From Bradymonadia bacterium (lineage in GTDB: Bacteria; Myxococcota_A; Bradymonadia; UBA7976; UBA1532): DNA of 64,000 bases. Below, one piece after another: positions 13,559 through 22,158 of the stretch (its first letter is position 1; each line of letters begins with the position of its first letter). The notes under the pieces were generated by a model. It searched no databases, was not told where the DNA came from, and was given only the letters and a program-made list of their open reading frames with translations. The stretch is taken from contig JBKAGE010000001.1 of the NCBI GenBank assembly GCA_046290225.1, positions 1 to 64,000 on the forward strand, read 5' to 3'. The position numbers and the translations under genes were made by a program.

Positions 13559-14407
13559 ATGATGTCTACCTCAAAAATCACAGGTTTGGTGCTCAGCTGC
13601 ATCGGCTTGATGGGTGTGTCATTCTCAGCAGGCGCCAAAGACAACCACTTCGAGATTCCATCGGCAGAGGAAATCCTCGCACCGATTCCTGAGCCTGCCG
13701 TCGAATTTGACGAGGGCGCTGACCCCTACCGAGTCAATCTGGTCGTGGGCTTGAAGGCGCACCGACACCGTGCTTGGACACGAGGCCGAGTGTTCCTCGA
13801 GGTCATCGACCACACAGGGGCCATCTCTGCAGGCGTGGAGCTTCATGGCCGCTGGATTGACGGTGACACGATCACCCCCTTCCACTGTGTGAGCAATCAT
13901 CGAGGCCGGTGCCGAGCATCGGGACCATGGCTCAGAGATGGTCAGCAAATACTCGGTGCCACGATCGACATGGCCGTGAGCCCTGCTGGAAGTATGCACC
14001 CTGTGTATTCTTTCGCGCGATTGTCCGACGATGAAGCCAAGCAGCTGGAAGACGCGATCCAGATGGACGAGACGGGCCTGGGCAGAGTGCAGGTCAACCA
14101 TCCCATCGATCCTGAAGACAGGCAGGATCGCTTCATGCTCTCAAGACGACGTCTCGTCGCGGGCACGATGTATCGCAATGTGGGTGTCTATACAGAGCAG
14201 AAGCCGATGGGCGTCTTCATCACTGACACGAGCATGGCAGTAGAGGCAGAGTTGATGCTCATGGGTCTGGTGTATGTGCCGTGCCCAGACTACTGCATGC
14301 CCGTTGGCCGAGGTCTGGGTCTATCATCACGCATTCAGTTCCCAGGCTCTGATGGCCTGCATCTCCCAATCTATATCCCGACCCCAATCTTCAACCCTGG
14401 CCAGTGA
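13559..14407 (+). CDS. Hypothetical secreted protein
   Basis: RBS gggag, signal peptide ending SAGA; no family recognised. Confidence 0.7.
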   Translation: MMSTSKITGLVLSCIGLMGVSFSAGAKDNHFEIPSAEEILAPIPEPAVEFDEGADPYRVNLVVGLKAHRHRAWTRGRVFLEVIDHTGAISAGVELHGRWIDGDTITPFHCVSNHRGRCRASGPWLRDGQQILGATIDMAVSPAGSMHPVYSFARLSDDEAKQLEDAIQMDETGLGRVQVNHPIDPEDRQDRFMLSRRRLVAGTMYRNVGVYTEQKPMGVFITDTSMAVEAELMLMGLVYVPCPDYCMPVGRGLGLSSRIQFPGSDGLHLPIYIPTPIFNPGQ

Positions 14408-14423
14408 GGCATCGACGCCCCCT

Positions 14424-15869
14424 TTACTGGCGGGCGTCGATCTTCTTCGCCAGTCTCGTGAGACATGCCCCGAGCACAGGGCCTACAGGGGCATCGTGGC
14501 TGCCCGACTGGGCCATGAAGGTGTTGCGCCACTCACCGCCCTTGCGCACCTGAATCCGCGAGAACGCCTGGCCCTCGAGATACAAACCACCCTTGATGAT
14601 GCGCACGTCGCCCTCTTCGGGCACCTTCTTGCTCTCGGGGTTCCAGAGTCGATCGCTGAACCCGGGGACCTTGAACCACACCTCGCGTTGCACTTTGGGA
14701 TCATCGGGCAAGACATTGGGCTCACCGAGCACCTTGCCCACAGCCCGAGTGCTGAACCCGTTGCCGAGCAACAGGCCTGAGACGTTCACCTCTTTCTCGG
14801 AGACCTTCAGGCCCTCGAGCGCCGACTTCACCTGAGCGCCGAGGCCCAGGGCGATGACCTCTGGCAACAACTTGTGCTCGGCGAGCACCTTGCCAGCAGC
14901 CTCGCCAATGTCTGCGAGGGTGACATTGCGGCCCAGAAACTCCACCACGGCAGCCTCGCGGGGATTCTCTTTGAAATAGTTCGCCGCTGATTCTTCGCTG
15001 TATCCATCGGCGGCACGACACTCGCCGATGTGGCCCAGCTCGTGGAACAAGATCACTGAGCTGTGGGGCACTCCGGCCCGACCATTGCTCAATTTGATGC
15101 CCGGCTTTCCGCCACCGACGGCGTGCCACACGAGGGGCACCTGCAGCTTGGGGAAGGCTGCGTTCACCACCCCATCGGGCCCCGCGAGGCTGAGCATGCG
15201 ATTGGCGATGGCGGTGAGGCTGGTGCCCCCCTTTTCTTCGTTGGCGGTCTTCTGCAAGAAGCTGACGAAGCTGGCCCAGTCTTTCTGGTCCCAGGCCCCC
15301 ATGGCCGCCGTGGCGAAGTTCGCCGCCCGATCGAACCGGAACCACGTGGCCTGATCTCTGAGCCCGTGGGGGATCTGATACACCATCTGCAAGTCTTCGC
15401 CGAGCCACGACGGGTGGGCCGCGGCGAGGCCCTCGAAGAAGTTGTGGTACTGCCAGATGTCTACGAGATCTGAGGCTTTCGGGCGGGCCTCGAGGGCCTT
15501 CACTCCAGCAGCGTCGAGGGTGACGCGGCACGGCTCTTTGGCCAACAGCAGGTTCACCTTCTGCCCCAGGCCTCGGAGCGGGCTGTCCTTGATGTCGAAG
15601 ATGAACTTTCGATCTTCTTCGATGAGGGCGCGCCGTTGATCCCGAGTCACCTCGGGATGCAGCAGCTTCCCGGTGCTGTCGACGAGCTCTACTGGGCAAT
15701 AAGCGATGGTGAACCGCCCGGCCTCGAACGATCCCACAGCCTCGAAGACTTCAGTGGGCTCGTAGGTCTCGTAAGGCTCGCCCTCCTGGGTCTTGGAGAT
15801 CATCTCCTGCAGCGTGGCGCCGCAGCCAGAGAGACACGTGAGAATGCTGAGATAGGTGATGAAGCGCAT
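14424..15869 (-). CDS. Hypothetical lipoprotein with HExxH (possible zinc metallopeptidase) motif
   Basis: Lipobox CLSGC; ILFHELGHIGE. Confidence 0.65.
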   Translation of the reverse strand: MRFITYLSILTCLSGCGATLQEMISKTQEGEPYETYEPTEVFEAVGSFEAGRFTIAYCPVELVDSTGKLLHPEVTRDQRRALIEEDRKFIFDIKDSPLRGLGQKVNLLLAKEPCRVTLDAAGVKALEARPKASDLVDIWQYHNFFEGLAAAHPSWLGEDLQMVYQIPHGLRDQATWFRFDRAANFATAAMGAWDQKDWASFVSFLQKTANEEKGGTSLTAIANRMLSLAGPDGVVNAAFPKLQVPLVWHAVGGGKPGIKLSNGRAGVPHSSVILFHELGHIGECRAADGYSEESAANYFKENPREAAVVEFLGRNVTLADIGEAAGKVLAEHKLLPEVIALGLGAQVKSALEGLKVSEKEVNVSGLLLGNGFSTRAVGKVLGEPNVLPDDPKVQREVWFKVPGFSDRLWNPESKKVPEEGDVRIIKGGLYLEGQAFSRIQVRKGGEWRNTFMAQSGSHDAPVGPVLGACLTRLAKKIDARQ

Positions 15870-15983
15870 GGTGCTCTCTGAGAGACGAGAAGAAGACTCG
15901 AGGTTGCGTGGTGGGGCTTAGAGGTCCTCGCACAACAGCGGACCGAGTCAGGAAGGCGAGGCACGCTGCTGTGTGAAGACCTC

Positions 15984-16796
15984 TTACTCGCCCTTGAGAC
16001 AGGCGCGATCGCCCTGTCCCGGCTTCTCCATGCATTCGGCGATGCAGGTGTTGCTGCTGTTGCAGCTGCCCGGACCTTGGGGGCCACAACGGTACATCAC
16101 GTTGCAGCACGTGACGCAGGGCAAGACGGTGGAGGTGGTCGTCGGTACGGGGGCACCGTTGCCCTGGGTACCAATGACGGCGCCGTACACGAGATTTTCG
16201 GTGACGCCGGGCTCAAGCGTCTTGCTCCACTTTGCCCCCTGGTAGGCCCAATAGCCTGAGACGTCGGGGCCCATGAACCGCAACTCGAAGAGCATGGGCA
16301 GCTCGACGTCTCCGCCTTTGAGCGTGGGCGTAATCGTCAGCAACGTGACGTTCTTGGCATCAGATTCGCCATCACCCTGAGTGGCCTTGGCGGTCGCTTC
16401 GCCCTTGAGCGCAGGCAACTCACCTTGAGCCGGCCGGGTGAAGATGATCTTCCAGGTGTCGCCGGTCACGGACACGCTGATGTCGAAGTGAGCGGTCTCA
16501 CCGTGGGGCTTCTGCTCCGAGGTGGTGAGGGTGCTCAGACGCCAGGGCTGAGACGGGGGCGTGGCGGGTTGGGCCGCGGGTTGTGCCGTGGGCTTCGCCT
16601 CTGCCTTGGCAGCCGTGTCACCTGCTGCAGGTTGTTCGCCTTTGTCCTTGGTGGGCTTCTCGGGCGCCTTCTTCGCATCAGCCGAGGCTGCGGCCTTCTC
16701 GTCGGCAGGCGCAGGCTTCTTCTCGGCCTCTGGTTTCTTGCCACAGCCCGACAAGGCCACGGCCAGCAAGACAGACATCAATCCACACAATTTCAT
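15984..16796 (-). CDS. Hypothetical lipoprotein with Ala/Pro/Lys linker and small 8-Cys C-terminal domain
   Basis: Lipobox ALSGC after ATG 16796; tail CVTCCNVMYRC...C...C...C...C. Confidence 0.7.
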   Translation of the reverse strand: MKLCGLMSVLLAVALSGCGKKPEAEKKPAPADEKAAASADAKKAPEKPTKDKGEQPAAGDTAAKAEAKPTAQPAAQPATPPSQPWRLSTLTTSEQKPHGETAHFDISVSVTGDTWKIIFTRPAQGELPALKGEATAKATQGDGESDAKNVTLLTITPTLKGGDVELPMLFELRFMGPDVSGYWAYQGAKWSKTLEPGVTENLVYGAVIGTQGNGAPVPTTTSTVLPCVTCCNVMYRCGPQGPGSCNSSNTCIAECMEKPGQGDRACLKGE

Positions 16797-17055
16797 CAGC
16801 GCATGCTCCAGAGGTGACGTGCGCAGTATCTTTGCCACCCCCACTACGGGGCCGCAAGACACTGTCCGCAGTTATGGTGCCGATGTACGCACGACAGTCC
16901 GGATTGGGTCATAAAACTTTCAGTTTCGGGTATCTGGGGCCGATGTCCTCAACGGAGAGGAGCGGGGCCACATCACCAGCCTCGCGGGCGCCTGGACGCA
17001 TCGTTCACGATCTTCCGGGGCGTTGGGTTTCGCGTTTCGACATCGAGGATGAGTC

Positions 17056-20000
17056 ATGTTGCCCAAACATGTACCGGCACCCGTGTGGGTGTCTCTTCTG
17101 TACACGTGTGTGCTCCTGGGGTGCGACAACCCCGAAGGCCATACGCCCGCCCCCATCACCCAACATACAGAGGGTTGGCAGCCCGCTTGGGCCGAAGAAG
17201 ACGAGGTGGTGAGCGCCGAGCAGAAGGCTGTGTGGCGCGATCGCCTCGACGACGGCGGGGACTTCGTCGAGGTGAAGCTGCGCCCTGGTGTGCAGCTCGT
17301 GCCTCAGGCCGTCGCCGATGTGGCCTTCGTGGAGCAAGGGGCGCTGCGGTTCCCCGCTCAGGGCAATGAAGATCTCCTGAGCCTCGCCGAGGGCACCCCC
17401 ATGGTGGCCGATCGTGCCTCGGACGACGCAGCGGGCAACCCTTTGGGCTTCATGCGCAAGGTGAAGTCGGTACAACAAATCGGTGACGAGATCGTCATCG
17501 AGACCGAGCGAGCGGCGCTGTCGGAGATCATCACCGGCGCCGCGGTCATCTCGGAGGAGAGCTTCCTCGACGAAGAGCTCGAGATCAGCGACGAAGCTCT
17601 GCTCGATCTCGCCGCCGGCCTCACCATGGCCGACGAGAAGCTGCCTCACATCAGCCTCGCCGAGCTCGAATCTGCGGGCCCCAACACCATCTTCGGTGGC
17701 TTCGGCGGCGGCGGTTGGGGCTTCGGGGGCGGCGGCTTCGGCTTTGGTGGCCTCGGCTTCGGGGGCTTCGGCTTTGGTGGTTTGGACTTCATCGACAGAG
17801 GCGTCAGCTGGGCCAAAGAGCGGCTCAAGCGTCTGATCGACATCGAGTTCGAGATCCACAGCGGCATCAGCGTACGCAAGCGGGGTGATTTCGCCTTTCA
17901 AAAGGCCATGGAGAAAGAGAAAGAAGCTGGGGGGATCACCTTTACCGCTGAAGGTGTACTCACCATCGGCGGCACCTACGATATCTCGCTCAAGCCACGC
18001 TTTGGCGTCATCGTCGATGAGTCCGACTTCGACGAGGTCTACGCCAAGTTCAACCTCAAAGGCGGCCTGTTCCTCGATGCTCTGCTCGAGTTGGTCTTCA
18101 CCGCCGATGCTGGGGGCCGAGACGAGTTCGAGCAGTTCTCTGCAGCCGAGCGGGCCGCGGAAGCGCAAGTCGAAGCGGAGGATGGCTGGCGTCGCACGCT
18201 GGCCACCAAGAAGTGGAAAGGCCCCATGCTCGGCCCGGTGCCCACCACCTTCGTGCTCGAGATGCTGCAGATTTGCACCCTCGAGGCCGAGGCCACCCTC
18301 ACCGCCGAAGCCAACGTGCGCACCGACGTGGACTTCGAGATGGGGGCGCGCTGGCGCAAGGGCGATGGCTGGGATCCCACCTACGATCTCAACTGGAACT
18401 TCGGCCACACCTTCGAGATGGAGGTCGCCGGCGGCGCCATGCTCTCGTGCACCCTCGGGCCAAGGCTCAGCTGGCTCATCGCCGACACCGCAGGGCCCTT
18501 CGCCGAGGCCAACCTCGGCGGCCGAGCAGATCTCGTCTACCAAGAGACCTGCGGCCACCCCTACGATCAGCTCCAGACCAAGTGGAGCGATGGCTTCATC
18601 AACAGCGACTTCACCATCACGGGCGATGTGCTCGTGGGGGTCACTGGCGAGGTTTGCCCTTTCAAGGCGGCACAGCTCGACAAACTCGGCGTAGATGATC
18701 TCTGCTTCGATCTCGGCGACACGAGCTGGCCCATCTACGACTACGAGAAGCTCGTCATGAACCGGCACTACGACCTGCCACAGGGCCTCGGCGTGTGTCA
18801 GGGCCTCTGTGACAACTTCGAGCTCGATCCCGACGTAGAGACCGACGTGGACTGTGGCGGCCGCTGCGGCACCACCCTCGGGTTTCGCTGCGACGTGGGG
18901 CAACGCTGCGAAGAGCATATCGACTGTGATGACTTCTTGATGTGCGAGGCGGGGCGCTGCGTGGAGACGGGCTGCGGCAACGAGCGCCTCGATGAAGCCA
19001 CCGAGAGCGACGTGGACTGTGGCGGGCTGTGCATGATCTTCGCACAAGCTTGCAATGAGGGGGAACGCTGCAACGTGTTCAACGATTGCGCCGACGGCCT
19101 CTACTGCGCCGAGGGCGGCACCTGTGAGCAAATGCAATGCGACTCGGGCGCCAAAGACGCCGGCGAGTCGGACACCGACTGCGGCGGCCCCTGCGCCTTG
19201 GGGCTCGGCCAGGTCTGCCCCGACGGTGCAGGCTGTCGCGTCGACACGGACTGCTCCCCGGCGAGCGCATGTCTGCGTGGCGGGCCTCAGATCGGCATCT
19301 GTGTGCCCCGCAGCTGTGATCCCGAGGTGGTGCCCGTAGGCCGCCCGACCCCGCAGCGGGCGGAAGATCTCTCGGGCTTCAACCCACGTGTGCAGCCCTA
19401 CAGCTTGGTGGCCTGCAACGTATGCGAGGGGGTCGACACCCCAGAGGGCTACGAAGGTGGCTGTGTAAAGACGCGCATGGCCCGGGCGGCAGATCTCGGT
19501 GGTCGCCTGGAGGTGCTGCGCTGCGGCGCCGAGGCCTTCACCTGCCCTGCGGGGGCAGAGATTTGCGGCGCTGACATCTACGCCACAACTCGCCAGAGCA
19601 GCGCCCCCAGGGCCCTCAACGTAGCCTGCGGCTGCGTCGACGACGACGGCTGCCAGTCAGGTCAGTGTGTCGACTTCCAGTGTACCCCAGGGCTCTGCGA
19701 GAACGAGCGCCTCAACCTCGGCGAGGGCGACATCGACTGCGGCGGCGAGTGCAGCGCCCGCTGCGCGGTGCAGTCCACCTGCAACGTCGACGACGACTGT
19801 GATCAGGCCTCAGCCTACGGCGCCCTCACCTGCGCCGCCCCGAACGGCGGCGAGGCGATGTGCACCCAGACCTGTTTCAACGGTGTTGCTGATGCTGGCG
19901 AGGCAGATGTGGATTGTGGCGGCCCCTGTGCCCGCACGTGCGGCGAGGATGCCCTGTGCACCGAGCAAGCCGACTGCAGCGCTGGCCTCATCTGCGCAGC

Positions 20001-22158
20001 CCGCACAGAGGGCGATCCGACCCAGTGCTTGGGGCCCTGCTTCAACGGCGCCGTCGACGCTGGGGAGACCGGTGTGGACTGTGGTGGCACCTGTGATGCC
20101 CAGTGCGCCCTCGGCGCGGGCTGCGTCGACGCCAGCGACTGCGCCTCGGGCTTCTGTGACGGCGCCCAGTGCGTTGAGTCGTGTGCGGACGGCCAGCAGA
20201 GCCCCGGGGAGGTGGGCGTGGACTGCGGCGGCATCTGCGATGCGCTGTGCCCCTCGGGCTCGGTGTGCGGCGCCGATGACGACTGCGCCACGGGCTACTG
20301 CACGCCGCAGTCGACCTGCGGCACGCCCACCTGCGCCGATGGCTGGGCCAACGGCGGAGAGACCGACGTGGATTGTGGTGGCACCTGCGATGCCCAATGT
20401 CCCGAAGGCGCCCAATGCGGCGACGCTGACGACTGCACCACGGGCATTTGTCAGGCGGGGCGCTGTGTGCTCGGCGGCTGCCTGAACGGCGAGCGTGACG
20501 GTGACGAAACTGATGTGGACTGCGGCGGCAGCTGCGGCCCTTGCCCCCTCGACCGCGCCTGTGGTGGCGATGGTGACTGCCAATCGAACCAGTGCATCGA
20601 CGGTACTTGCCAGTTCCAGCCCTGCGTCGACGGTCAGGTGTCCCCCGGCGAGTCCGACGTGGACTGTGGCCGAGGCTGCGACACCCGCTGCGGCCTCGAT
20701 CAAGCCTGCTTCCGGGGCGAAGACTGCGACTCGGGTGTGTGCAGCGCTGCGGGCCGTTGTGTGGCGAGCACCTGCGCTGACGGCCGCTGGAACGCAGGGG
20801 AGGCCGACATCGACTGCGGTGGCGACTGCGAGCAGACCTGTGAGTTCGGCCAACGCTGCCTCGCTGATCGCGACTGCCGCGTGGGGGTCTGCGGCCCTGA
20901 GGGCACCTGCACCGAGGCCTGCCGCGACGGGGTGCTCTCCCCCGGTGAGACCGACATCGACTGCGGCGGCGACTGCGCGCAGGCGTGCGCCCTCGAGGGC
21001 GGCTGCGCTGACGATGCCGACTGTCAATCGGGCCACTGCAACGGCACGGTCTGCGTAGCCTCGGCCTGCGAGAACGGGCGGCAAGACGCCGGCGAAGGCG
21101 GCGTGGACTGTGGTGGCGAATGCAACCCCTGCGCCACGGGGGCGGGCTGCGTCAGTGACGGCGACTGCGCCTCGGGCATCTGCAGCGCCAACGGCCAGTG
21201 CGTGAACAACACCTGCGAAAACGGCGTGCGGGACGTAGGCGCCCGGGCCGAGGTGGGTGTGGACTGCGGCGGGTTCTGCCCGTTCCTGTGCGGCGACGGG
21301 CAACCCTGCGAGGCCAACAGTCAGTGCGCCAGCGGCTTCTGTGACGACACCTGCAAACAGGCTTGCAACTGCGCCGTGGGCCAATTCACCCCGGAGTGGG
21401 GCACCTGGTCTTGCGCCGCCCACACCAACTTCAGCATCGAGGAGTGGAACTTCTCGAATGGCCTATGTCGCTACCACACGCGTCCCGAAGAGGCCCTGGC
21501 CAACCCACCGAGCACCTGCCCTGATCACCACGTGCTCGTGGGGCTACAAACGCATCACAACTACATCAACAGTGATTCGCCAGAGGGAGGTTATGTCTTT
21601 GGCATGCTGTGGCTCGAGGCCCTGTGCGCGCCGGTGCAAGTCGGTGTCGACGGGGCGGTGACGCTCGGTGAGCCGACGGCTCACATCCCGAGCCGCATCA
21701 CCACCAGCCTGGCGCCCTACCAGGACGAGAACAATTACGTCAGCGTGCACTTCGACCCGATCCCGCGGCGCATGCAGTGCCCCGAGGGCTACGCGGTGCG
21801 AGGCATCAACGCCCGCTCACCCTACTACGCCATGGAGATCGACAGCGTCAGCTGCGGCCGCGTCAACGCATTGGGCCGCGTCGACACCGCTGCAGGCTTC
21901 GTCACCATCAACCACCCCGCCGGGCCCGTGCCCTTCACGAGCCCGAACGATGATCTCAGAGGCAATATGCGGCCCACGTGCGCGGGCGACGGCTTGATCT
22001 ACGCCATCGACTGGTACGTCGATGAGTCGGTGCAGACACTCGACGGCCGCGAGCAGCCTCTGATGTCGGCGGTCAACGACTTCTCCTTCCGCTGCGCCCA
22101 GCTCACCCCCACCCCGGCGTGCCTTGCTTCAGACCGCTGCGTCTCAGGAGGTCAGTGA
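17056..22158 (+). CDS. Giant Cys-rich repeat lipoprotein (1700 aa; 14 ExxxDCG(G) repeats)
   Basis: Lipobox VLLGC; beta-rich N-terminal region; 14 ~40-aa 8-Cys units with E-[TSGAV]-[DG]-[VIT]-D-C-G-G core; separate C-terminal domain. Confidence 0.9.
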   Translation: MLPKHVPAPVWVSLLYTCVLLGCDNPEGHTPAPITQHTEGWQPAWAEEDEVVSAEQKAVWRDRLDDGGDFVEVKLRPGVQLVPQAVADVAFVEQGALRFPAQGNEDLLSLAEGTPMVADRASDDAAGNPLGFMRKVKSVQQIGDEIVIETERAALSEIITGAAVISEESFLDEELEISDEALLDLAAGLTMADEKLPHISLAELESAGPNTIFGGFGGGGWGFGGGGFGFGGLGFGGFGFGGLDFIDRGVSWAKERLKRLIDIEFEIHSGISVRKRGDFAFQKAMEKEKEAGGITFTAEGVLTIGGTYDISLKPRFGVIVDESDFDEVYAKFNLKGGLFLDALLELVFTADAGGRDEFEQFSAAERAAEAQVEAEDGWRRTLATKKWKGPMLGPVPTTFVLEMLQICTLEAEATLTAEANVRTDVDFEMGARWRKGDGWDPTYDLNWNFGHTFEMEVAGGAMLSCTLGPRLSWLIADTAGPFAEANLGGRADLVYQETCGHPYDQLQTKWSDGFINSDFTITGDVLVGVTGEVCPFKAAQLDKLGVDDLCFDLGDTSWPIYDYEKLVMNRHYDLPQGLGVCQGLCDNFELDPDVETDVDCGGRCGTTLGFRCDVGQRCEEHIDCDDFLMCEAGRCVETGCGNERLDEATESDVDCGGLCMIFAQACNEGERCNVFNDCADGLYCAEGGTCEQMQCDSGAKDAGESDTDCGGPCALGLGQVCPDGAGCRVDTDCSPASACLRGGPQIGICVPRSCDPEVVPVGRPTPQRAEDLSGFNPRVQPYSLVACNVCEGVDTPEGYEGGCVKTRMARAADLGGRLEVLRCGAEAFTCPAGAEICGADIYATTRQSSAPRALNVACGCVDDDGCQSGQCVDFQCTPGLCENERLNLGEGDIDCGGECSARCAVQSTCNVDDDCDQASAYGALTCAAPNGGEAMCTQTCFNGVADAGEADVDCGGPCARTCGEDALCTEQADCSAGLICAARTEGDPTQCLGPCFNGAVDAGETGVDCGGTCDAQCALGAGCVDASDCASGFCDGAQCVESCADGQQSPGEVGVDCGGICDALCPSGSVCGADDDCATGYCTPQSTCGTPTCADGWANGGETDVDCGGTCDAQCPEGAQCGDADDCTTGICQAGRCVLGGCLNGERDGDETDVDCGGSCGPCPLDRACGGDGDCQSNQCIDGTCQFQPCVDGQVSPGESDVDCGRGCDTRCGLDQACFRGEDCDSGVCSAAGRCVASTCADGRWNAGEADIDCGGDCEQTCEFGQRCLADRDCRVGVCGPEGTCTEACRDGVLSPGETDIDCGGDCAQACALEGGCADDADCQSGHCNGTVCVASACENGRQDAGEGGVDCGGECNPCATGAGCVSDGDCASGICSANGQCVNNTCENGVRDVGARAEVGVDCGGFCPFLCGDGQPCEANSQCASGFCDDTCKQACNCAVGQFTPEWGTWSCAAHTNFSIEEWNFSNGLCRYHTRPEEALANPPSTCPDHHVLVGLQTHHNYINSDSPEGGYVFGMLWLEALCAPVQVGVDGAVTLGEPTAHIPSRITTSLAPYQDENNYVSVHFDPIPRRMQCPEGYAVRGINARSPYYAMEIDSVSCGRVNALGRVDTAAGFVTINHPAGPVPFTSPNDDLRGNMRPTCAGDGLIYAIDWYVDESVQTLDGREQPLMSAVNDFSFRCAQLTPTPACLASDRCVSGGQ

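Noticed and set aside
17005..19137. 710-aa minus-strand ORF
   Set aside because: Antisense shadow of the Cys-rich lipoprotein; stop-poor reverse frames are expected in high-GC genes.
19810..21423. 537-aa Ala/Val-rich minus-strand ORF
   Set aside because: Mirror translation of the DCGG repeats.
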